NCBI GenBank assembly: GCA_002788675.1
Contig: PFRS01000005.1
Coordinates: forward strand, 67,731 to 131,730
From: Candidatus Pacebacteria bacterium CG_4_9_14_0_2_um_filter_40_15
GTDB taxonomy: Bacteria > Patescibacteriota > Microgenomatia > UBA1400 > PJMF01
Reading direction: 5' to 3'
Length of the DNA: 64,000 bases
Every line of letters begins with the position of its first letter. Within the stretch, counting starts at the first letter, position 1. The position numbers and the translations under genes were made by a program. This document shows positions 57,611 through 64,000 of the stretch, one piece after another. The notes under the pieces were generated by a model that saw only the letters and a program-made list of their open reading frames with translations, searched no databases and was not told where the DNA came from.

Positions 57611-58804
57611 TTAGAAAAAACGTGCTTTAACTTTTTGCCACATAGTGTCAGCTGGTAGATATTTCACTACCAAAAGATAGGTAATAAACATGATCAATCC
57701 AGAGGCAACGTACGGCGCATCTTTTGAAATAAGCGTATATAAAAATCCACCAATAATTGGCCCAAAAATGCGACCCAAACTTGCCGCAGACTGCATGATT
57801 CCCAAGGTACCACCATATTCTTCTTTCTTCACATTTTCTGAAGCAATCGATTGAATAGTCGGATTAGCCAATGCATTTCCCAGTACCAAAAAACCTGTTG
57901 CTATCAATAACAAACCAAGATGGAATGAGAGTGAAATACTAAACAAGCCTACTGCCAAAATAGGCAAACTGGCTTTAAACACCGTTTTCTCTGAAAAATG
58001 TTTTAGTGCTTTTGGTAGGATAACTAACTGCACAATAACTGACAATATTCCAATATATCCAAATAAATACCCTGTCTCAGTTGGACCCCAACCAAACGTA
58101 TCTAAACTCCAAAGCGCAAAGGTTCCCTGCATTCCAGAGAAAGCTAAGTTGATAAGGAAGAAAACCCCAATAAGTAACCCCAGAACCGGAGTAAGTAATG
58201 CATTTTTAAACTGAGCTACACTCAGTCGTGTCTGCTTTGCTGTAGCTGCTTTTTCTACGTTTACTGTCTCTTTTAAGAAGAACAAACTCGAAAAAGCGGC
58301 AATACCAGCAAGCCCAGCTGCAAAAAATGCTGGTACACCAAAGCCCCACTGTGAAAGGAAACCACCAATTGCAGGACCAAAAATAAATCCAATACCAAAA
58401 GCTGCTCCTAACATACCCATACTCTTGGCTCTGTCTTTAGGTGTTGTTGAGTCGGCAATATATGCTTGAGCTATAGTAATGTTACCACCAGTTATGCCGT
58501 CAAGAACGCGTGATAAAAATAATACTGTAAGTGACTGTGCCGTTCCCATTAATATAAATGACAACATCGTTCCAATTTGTGAAATAAAGAGTAATTTTTT
58601 TCGCCCATATCTGTCCGAAAGCTTGCCAATTATTGGCGAAGCAATAAGTTGAAAAAATGAGTATGTTGCCGAAAGCAGTCCAATCTGTAGTGCAGAGGCA
58701 TTAAAATTCTCGGCCACAAATGGCAACAAAGGCAAAATAAGTCCAAAACCCAAGAGGTCGATGAACACGACTAAAAACAGTGTGAATAAGCCTTTTTGTT
58801 TCAT
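57611..58804 (-). CDS. MFS transporter, DHA1/TetA-like
   Basis: GKLSDRYGRK motif A and GFIFGPAIGG motif C; about 12 TM helices. Confidence 0.92.
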   Translation of the reverse strand: MKQKGLFTLFLVVFIDLLGFGLILPLLPFVAENFNASALQIGLLSATYSFFQLIASPIIGKLSDRYGRKKLLFISQIGTMLSFILMGTAQSLTVLFLSRVLDGITGGNITIAQAYIADSTTPKDRAKSMGMLGAAFGIGFIFGPAIGGFLSQWGFGVPAFFAAGLAGIAAFSSLFFLKETVNVEKAATAKQTRLSVAQFKNALLTPVLGLLIGVFFLINLAFSGMQGTFALWSLDTFGWGPTETGYLFGYIGILSVIVQLVILPKALKHFSEKTVFKASLPILAVGLFSISLSFHLGLLLIATGFLVLGNALANPTIQSIASENVKKEEYGGTLGIMQSAASLGRIFGPIIGGFLYTLISKDAPYVASGLIMFITYLLVVKYLPADTMWQKVKARFF

Positions 58805-58935
58805 ACTACGTTGCCCCATAACCGAAGAAACCATTATACAACAAACAATCCCATTCCTAAAGCATCATGCTTCACTACTCTTCTATGTAGAAAATATGCG
58901 CTACTATATAAGAATATAAGCAACACACACATTTT

Positions 58936-59331
58936 ATGCAGTACAACGATCTCACTCCAGAAGAAAAACACGTCATTGAAGATGCCGCCACTGAGTATCC
59001 GTACTCCGGAGAGTACGAAGACTTTTTTGAGGATGGCACCTTTATTTGCCGCCGTTGTAATAACCCGCTCTACTCTTCTGAAGCAAAGTTTAATGCCTAC
59101 TGTGGCTGGCCTGCCTTTGAGAGCTGTTTTCCTGATGCTATCCTAGAAGAAAACATGGGTGACGGCCGGACTGAAATTACGTGTGCTAACTGCGCTGCCC
59201 ACTTAGGGCATGTGTTTAGAAACGAAGGCTTTACCAAAACAAATGTGCGGCATTGCACAAATTCACTGTCGATTCGTTTTGTAGCTGAGGGTGAAGAGTT
59301 ACCTGCTGTTATTCATGGAGATGCAGAATAA
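58936..59331 (+). CDS. msrB: Methionine-R-sulfoxide reductase
   Basis: CRRC, CGWPAF, CANC..HLGHVF and RHCTNS motifs. Confidence 0.95.
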   Translation: MQYNDLTPEEKHVIEDAATEYPYSGEYEDFFEDGTFICRRCNNPLYSSEAKFNAYCGWPAFESCFPDAILEENMGDGRTEITCANCAAHLGHVFRNEGFTKTNVRHCTNSLSIRFVAEGEELPAVIHGDAE

Positions 59332-59864
59332 TGATAAAAACTGAAACTGCTACCTTCGCCAACGGCTGTTTTTGGTGTACTGAAACCATTTTTAAACAAC
59401 TGAAAGTTGTCTCTTCTGTTACTCCAGGATACACAGGTGGTACCGCTGAAGACGCAGAGTATAAGGATGTTTCAAGTGGAAAGTCAGGGCATGCTGAAGC
59501 TATCCAAATTGAGTTTAATCCAGACGTTATTTCTTACAAGGTGCTCCTTGATGTTTTTTGGCACACACACAATCCTACAACCTTGAACCGTCAGGGTGCA
59601 GATGTAGGCACGCAGTATCGTTCTGCCATTTTCTACCATTCTTCTGAACAAAAAGCGGCTGCTGAAACGTCTAATAATGAGTTAGAGGCTAAAGGCACTT
59701 ACGATGATCCAATTGTGACCGAAATAGTTGCAGCTTCGAAATTTTATCCCGCCGAAGAGTTCCACAAAGACTTTTATCTTAAGAATACGGGTTCGATGTA
59801 CTGTCGGCTTGTGATTGATCCAAAATTAGAAAAGTTTTGGGAGCGATATAAGCACTTGACTTAG
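59331..59864 (+). CDS. msrA: Peptide methionine-S-sulfoxide reductase
   Basis: GCFWC, GYTGG, HAE, RQGADVGTQYRS and FYPAEEFH motifs. Confidence 0.96.
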   Translation: MIKTETATFANGCFWCTETIFKQLKVVSSVTPGYTGGTAEDAEYKDVSSGKSGHAEAIQIEFNPDVISYKVLLDVFWHTHNPTTLNRQGADVGTQYRSAIFYHSSEQKAAAETSNNELEAKGTYDDPIVTEIVAASKFYPAEEFHKDFYLKNTGSMYCRLVIDPKLEKFWERYKHLT

Positions 59865-59890
59865 ATTCTCATTTAGTAGACCCATAATAA

Positions 59891-59919
59891 TTGACTTTCG
59901 CCCCAATAAATAGTATACT
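59891..59919 (+). promoter_or_regulatory. Sigma70 promoter of the 103-aa orphan gene
   Basis: TTGACT-17 nt-TATACT. Confidence 0.7.
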
Positions 59920-60025
59920 GGAGTATTGGTATTACCTACTTCAATCGTGGAGGACGGTAATACCAAATTCTTTAATAAAGCGATATTTAACATCAAAAAA
60001 GTTTTTTTGGTGTTGAGGAGAATGC

Positions 60026-60337
60026 ATGGATTACACAACGTTGGATCAAATTATCATTTTCCACAGAATTGTAGAAGGACGAAATGCCTTGTACGACGAT
60101 GTTGAAGTCGTCACCGTCACAAACAATGGCAAGTTTCCAATTTCAGTGGAAATTGTTGAATCCCGAACGAACATCATGGGTCGTGTATGTTACGGTGATG
60201 TGCTCCAAGATATTATCATTATTCAGCCAGGTGAGACCAAAGACTTTGAACTAGATGTAGATCGCAAGTTAGTGATCTGCTCTCATAAAAACTGGCGCAT
60301 GAAGGTGGAAAAACAAGAACTCTACGCCGAAGAATAG
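60026..60337 (+). CDS. Hypothetical beta-rich protein (103 aa)
   Basis: SD GAGGAG; VTVTNNG...IQPGET pattern; has its own promoter and terminator. Confidence 0.75.
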   Translation: MDYTTLDQIIIFHRIVEGRNALYDDVEVVTVTNNGKFPISVEIVESRTNIMGRVCYGDVLQDIIIIQPGETKDFELDVDRKLVICSHKNWRMKVEKQELYAEE

Positions 60338-60369
60338 AAGAATAATAGCCTCATTTAAAATCGTTTTAT

Positions 60370-60398
60370 AAAAAACCCCAGAACACCTGGGGTTTTTT
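60370..60398 (+). terminator. Bidirectional intrinsic terminator
   Basis: AAAAAACCCCAG-AACAC-CTGGGGTTTTTT. Confidence 0.85.
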
Positions 60399-60423
60399 AC
60401 TGCCTCTTTTGCTATACTAAGCT

Positions 60424-60912
60424 ATGCCCAAAAAATCAAAAACAAATGTTCCATTGCTACTATCGTCAATACTGCTTTCCCAACTCGCTGGCGCTATTGG
60501 TTCTATTTTTACTGCTTCGTCAATTCCAACTTGGTATGCAACACTAACTAAGCCATTTTTTAATCCTCCAAACTGGCTGTTTGGACCTGTCTGGATTACG
60601 CTCTACACCCTGATGGGTATAGCGCTGTACATAGTATGGAATAAAGCAAACGCATCTAAGAAAAAGAATTATTTTCCAGTTTGGCTCTTTCTAGCTCATC
60701 TAGTGATTAATACACTCTGGTCAATCATTTTCTTTGGAGTCAAAGATTTACTGGCTGCACTACTCACCATTTTCCTGCTCTGGGGAATGATCTTTGCACT
60801 TATTAAAATGTTCTATAAAATTGAGAAAAAAGCCGCTTATTTACTCTATCCCTACCTAGCTTGGGTCAGCTTTGCTACCCTGTTGAATGCAGCTCTCCTT
60901 CTTTTAAACTAA
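60424..60912 (+). CDS. tspO: TspO/MBR tryptophan-rich sensory protein
   Basis: WYATLTKPFFNPPNWLFGPVW and PYLAWVSFA motifs. Confidence 0.95.
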   Translation: MPKKSKTNVPLLLSSILLSQLAGAIGSIFTASSIPTWYATLTKPFFNPPNWLFGPVWITLYTLMGIALYIVWNKANASKKKNYFPVWLFLAHLVINTLWSIIFFGVKDLLAALLTIFLLWGMIFALIKMFYKIEKKAAYLLYPYLAWVSFATLLNAALLLLN

Positions 60913-60976
60913 TCTGAACTCAAAGTTCACAGTCTCGAACTCCCATGATATAATTTCTGGGTTCTACATCTAACAC

Positions 60977-61051
60977 GGCCCCATCGTCTATCGGCTAGGA
61001 CACCAGGTTCTCATCCTGGTAAGCGCGGTTCGATTCCGCGTGGGGTCACCA
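60977..61051 (+). tRNA. tRNA-Glu (anticodon CTC), CCA encoded
   Basis: Acceptor GGCCCCA/TGGGGTC, anticodon arm CCAGG-TTCTCAT-CCTGG, T arm CGCGG-TTCGATT-CCGCG, ACCA end. Confidence 0.96.
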
Positions 61052-62568
61052 AAGACGACACCCATCGTGTCGAAGTTAAAAATAGCTTGGTACATTGGGT
61101 TAATTTCGTGGTTCAATGTACCATCATTGTTATATTGTATCCCAGAAGGAAAGATTGAACCGAGAAGTGCCTTAACTTGAGGTACTGTGGATCTTCTATA
61201 CGTAGCTCCCAAATCACTCAAAGTATCTCGGACAAAGACTATGATCTTATTAATGTCATACTTTTCCAGAGTTGAATTTGCTTTTGCTACATGTGCTTTT
61301 TGTAATTTTTTCTCTATAAGAGCATTTTGCTCCGTAAATATTTCGTCAGTGTAAATACCCATCATATTTTTTTCAACAAGGACTTTTCTCATGTCCTTGA
61401 GGCGCTGTATTTCACTGTCCGATTGGTTTTTGGCTTGCTTTACATGCTTCAGCCTCCTTTCATATTCTTCTAATACAAATTTTGTAAACATATCAAGGCA
61501 TTCTTTTTTTGGTTGAATTGATTGAAGCAACTCAACAACGGCATCATCTAGTTTTTCAGCTCTAATTGATGTGGTTTTACAACCTCCTGCACAACGATAA
61601 TACGGATAGCGTTTTGATCTGCCTTTACTCCATCCTGCAGTTAAACCTATTCCACACTCACTACATTTAACCACTCTTCTAAGAGGAAATGTTTTATCTG
61701 TTCGTTCTTTTTTAATGTTAGTCGCTTTTTTACTAACACAACGACCATCAAGGATTTCCTGTACTTTATAAAAGTGTTCAAGAGAAACCATTGGTCTGTG
61801 TTGACCCTGCACCTCTTCCTTATATGTATCAGAAGTTAGAATGCCTGCATAAAACTTACTTCTGAAAATCTTCTGAACCGTCTGTACTTTAAATGTGATT
61901 TCCTTTCCTTTATGAACTGTGCGTAAACCCATTTTCTCCATAATTCTGGTCATTTCTCGCAATCCTTTTGTTCCAGTTGCCATCAAGTCCCAACACTGCC
62001 CCATCAAATCCCATTTTTCAGGATCCTCGACAGGAAATTTATCGGCATTCATAATATACCCTAGCGGGGGTTTTCTCGAGATTAATCCAGATTTAAAGCG
62101 AGCATACATACCATTTCTAGTTCTTTCACTCCTAACATCGTTGTCATGCTGGGCAAAACTAGCCATGATTGTTTCTAATAATGTATCTGTGGGTGATGTT
62201 CCAGTTGGCTCTGAAGCTGAAATAAGTTCAATCATATGGCTTATAAGTGTTTTTCTAATTGAAAGATAATCTGATGTCTGACGAGATAAGCGATCAAGTC
62301 TATAAATAATTACTGCTCCCAAACTGCTCTTGTTTTTTTTACAAAACTGGAGCATCTCAAGCAACTCAGGACGACCATGAATAGTTTTAGCTGATCTACC
62401 TTCTTCTCTAAAAATCTTGATTACCTTAAATCCTTTTCTCACTGCTTCTTTGCGACAAATGTCTTCTTGAGTATCTAAGGAAAAATTATCAACTTGTTCC
62501 TCCGTTGAAACACGTAAATATATGACTGCATCTGTTTTTTGTGGTGGTTCGGAATAATCTCTAGTCAT
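60988..62568 (-). CDS. Large serine recombinase (integrase); 3' end overlaps tRNA-Glu antisense
   Basis: YLRVST catalytic Ser, LDRLSR, recombinase domain, CSEC...YYRC..C zinc ribbon and coiled coil. Confidence 0.93.
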   Translation of the reverse strand: MTRDYSEPPQKTDAVIYLRVSTEEQVDNFSLDTQEDICRKEAVRKGFKVIKIFREEGRSAKTIHGRPELLEMLQFCKKNKSSLGAVIIYRLDRLSRQTSDYLSIRKTLISHMIELISASEPTGTSPTDTLLETIMASFAQHDNDVRSERTRNGMYARFKSGLISRKPPLGYIMNADKFPVEDPEKWDLMGQCWDLMATGTKGLREMTRIMEKMGLRTVHKGKEITFKVQTVQKIFRSKFYAGILTSDTYKEEVQGQHRPMVSLEHFYKVQEILDGRCVSKKATNIKKERTDKTFPLRRVVKCSECGIGLTAGWSKGRSKRYPYYRCAGGCKTTSIRAEKLDDAVVELLQSIQPKKECLDMFTKFVLEEYERRLKHVKQAKNQSDSEIQRLKDMRKVLVEKNMMGIYTDEIFTEQNALIEKKLQKAHVAKANSTLEKYDINKIIVFVRDTLSDLGATYRRSTVPQVKALLGSIFPSGIQYNNDGTLNHEINPMYQAIFNFDTMGVVFGDPTRNRTALTRMRTWCPSR

Positions 62569-62752
62569 ATATACGAGTATTCAATAATTCATCAATCGTT
62601 TTACCTTCAAAAACTTGTTTTTCAAATTGATCAAGCCAACCTCGTGCTAAATATTTCATTTCTACAACTGTTTCTGGACTCATTGATTTTTGGGGTAAAG
62701 TAGGAACATTATTTGGATGGGATTTTTTGTTTAATTCTTGGCTATTTTTCAT
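62561..62752 (-). CDS. Small protein (63 aa) overlapping the recombinase start
   Basis: Overlaps the integrase start by 8 nt; lies downstream of TTGACA-18 nt-TATACT. Confidence 0.7.
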   Translation of the reverse strand: MKNSQELNKKSHPNNVPTLPQKSMSPETVVEMKYLARGWLDQFEKQVFEGKTIDELLNTRIYD

Positions 62753-62770
62753 CTATTTTAACCCTTGTTT

Positions 62771-62857
62771 AACTATCCGTATATGGCTAGTATATATACT
62801 ATTACGGATAGTTGTCAAGAGTAATTTATTGCCAAAAACCAGAGGTTAGAGTATACT
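62771..62857. promoter_or_regulatory. Divergent promoters with an 11-bp inverted-repeat operator
   Basis: AACTATCCGTA-21 nt-TACGGATAGTT (62771-62813) spans the minus-strand promoter; plus-strand TTGCCA-17 nt-TATACT at 62829-62857. Confidence 0.65.
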
Positions 62858-62893
62858 TCATCACAATATTGTCTGCCCAAAGAAATAAAGGGC

Positions 62894-64000
62894 ATGGCTA
62901 TTGATTTAAGCAAACTTCAATCACAATTTTCTCCCAAAGTAATTCCATCAGTCGACTGGTCTATTTTTTATTTTTTCCTCGTTACTCTAACTGTACTTCT
63001 TGCTAACCTCGGAGTTACTTACCTGATCATCAAGCTTCTACTTGCGTACAAACTTCACAAAACAAAGCATGTCTTTTTAGAAATAAAGCCATTAAAAAAG
63101 ACTGAGCTTAACCCTTACTCAACAGAACAACTCTTCAATCTGTTTCACAGCATAACTAGTCAAAAGACTTTCCTTGAGAGAATGTTTGGAGTTAGCAAGA
63201 GTATTAGCTTGGAAATTGTTTCAACTAAAACAGATGGTATTAAATACGTGATCAGAACTCCTCATCAACTAGCAAGCCTCATTAAAAATAGCCTACTGTC
63301 ATACCTACCTGGAATCGAAATCAGTACCGCTTCTGAATATCTACATGACAACCCAAATACATTTACTGCTCAACTAAAACTTTCAAAGCACTTCGCTTTT
63401 CCACTCAAGGCTCATGATAACTTAGAAACTAATGATCCGATTGCCTACTTAACAGGTGCCATGACCAAACTTAAGGAGGGTGAGCTCCTGGCATATCAGG
63501 TGATGATTAGCCCAATCTCAAAATCAAAACTACCAGAGATTAAAAGATTGCAAAAATTAATCACTAATAAACAAGATCTCACTGCAGAAATTGCTCATGC
63601 ACACACAGCGGCTTGGCTTTATGTTGGCATTTCTTATCTGCTTCAAATTCTGCTGTTACCTCTCGGAATACTAGTCTTTCTCGCAACAGATGGTAAAGAT
63701 GGACCATTGTTGCCGATTCCACGAATACTAAAAGGTAAAGAAACTAGTAATGCATATCAAAGTGAGATCGAAACACTGGTAAAAAAGAAAATAGACCAAC
63801 CGCTATATAGAGCTTCCATCAGAATACTTTCTCAATCGTATTCTCAAAGCACGGCCAAAAAAAGATCTCGGGGTTTCATGTCTACACTCAGATCGATTAG
63901 TGGCACACAATACCAACACCTCACGCAAAGCCTTCGACTACCCATAATTCAAATAAATACTTTCAAGACTTTTCTGTTTAAACGCAGAATATCATTGCCA
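62894..64000 (+). CDS. N-terminal part of a membrane-anchored VirD4/TraD/HerA-like coupling ATPase (CPR type), 3'-truncated by the window
   Basis: Translated by hand: MAIDLSK...TM...FLEIKP...SISLEIVS...KHFAFPLK...DPIAYLTGAMTKL. This resembles N-termini of CPR T4CP-like proteins; the Walker motifs are not in the window. Confidence 0.6.
   Translation, partial: MAIDLSKLQSQFSPKVIPSVDWSIFYFFLVTLTVLLANLGVTYLIIKLLLAYKLHKTKHVFLEIKPLKKTELNPYSTEQLFNLFHSITSQKTFLERMFGVSKSISLEIVSTKTDGIKYVIRTPHQLASLIKNSLLSYLPGIEISTASEYLHDNPNTFTAQLKLSKHFAFPLKAHDNLETNDPIAYLTGAMTKLKEGELLAYQVMISPISKSKLPEIKRLQKLITNKQDLTAEIAHAHTAAWLYVGISYLLQILLLPLGILVFLATDGKDGPLLPIPRILKGKETSNAYQSEIETLVKKKIDQPLYRASIRILSQSYSQSTAKKRSRGFMSTLRSISGTQYQHLTQSLRLPIIQINTFKTFLFKRRISLP

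Larger units (their letters stand above)
60988..64000. mobile_element. Left end of an integrative (ICE-like) element inserted at tRNA-Glu; continues beyond the window
   Basis: Integrase at the tRNA 3' end, small accessory ORF, divergent promoters and a coupling-protein-like gene. Confidence 0.7.

Noticed and set aside
57611-58804. Calling the MFS transporter a tetracycline resistance gene
   Set aside because: Only family-level DHA1 motifs are visible; there is no tetR or mobile context, so substrate cannot be inferred.
730-62269. Numerous 60-140 aa ORFs antisense to or nested in long genes (e.g. 4458-4769, 25114-25500, 30516-30929, 41429-41770, 61919-62269)
   Set aside because: They lie wholly within well-supported genes and show no motifs or translation signals.
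1-64000. Alternative genetic code (TGA=Gly, as in Gracilibacteria/Absconditabacteria)
   Set aside because: Conserved genes are full length under code 11, and TGA ends genes at ATGA overlaps (secD/secF at 41380, 47925, 29574).
1-64000. CRISPR array, rRNA, IS transposase, reverse transcriptase or DGR
   Set aside because: No regularly spaced repeats, rRNA-like sequence, DDE/HUH transposase or RT motifs were seen by eye.

Overview
A 64-kb chromosomal segment from a small-genome, AT-rich bacterium. The gene content points, by inference, to Patescibacteria/CPR, probably Microgenomates: a short GAD-less AspRS, four GT-C glycosyltransferases, DUF3048, CAP and wHTH-nucleotidyltransferase proteins, and fbaB/glgP. 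Standard code 11 applies. Housekeeping genes include an M29 aminopeptidase, fbaB, glgP, a CPA2 antiporter, a DEAD-box helicase, corA, aspS, recJ, cca, secDF, rseP, frr and msrAB, plus a large surface-glycan cluster. Two tRNAs (Gln-CTG, Glu-CTC) mark integration sites. tRNA-Gln has an 18-bp duplication of its 3' end enclosing a 147-bp structured mini-element and is followed by an accessory island. tRNA-Glu is overlapped antisense by the C-terminus of a large serine recombinase at the left end of an ICE-like element. The best candidate for an undescribed system is the divergent locus at 35250-35851. On one strand a T-box riboswitch with an atypical ~48-nt Stem I controls aspS. On the other strand a 16-codon leader peptide with a 1:2/2:3/3:4 attenuator precedes a degenerate RelA/SpoT-like nucleotidyltransferase. 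Also notable: a minimal ApbE/FMN-binding/RnfD-like flavinylation module; an RCC1-metzincin protein with a Chloroflexota-type C-terminal motif; three orphan cassettes sharing a hairpin-boxA-like-SD leader; and pervasive apparent leaderless genes. All family assignments come from motif recognition by eye; no database searches were run.
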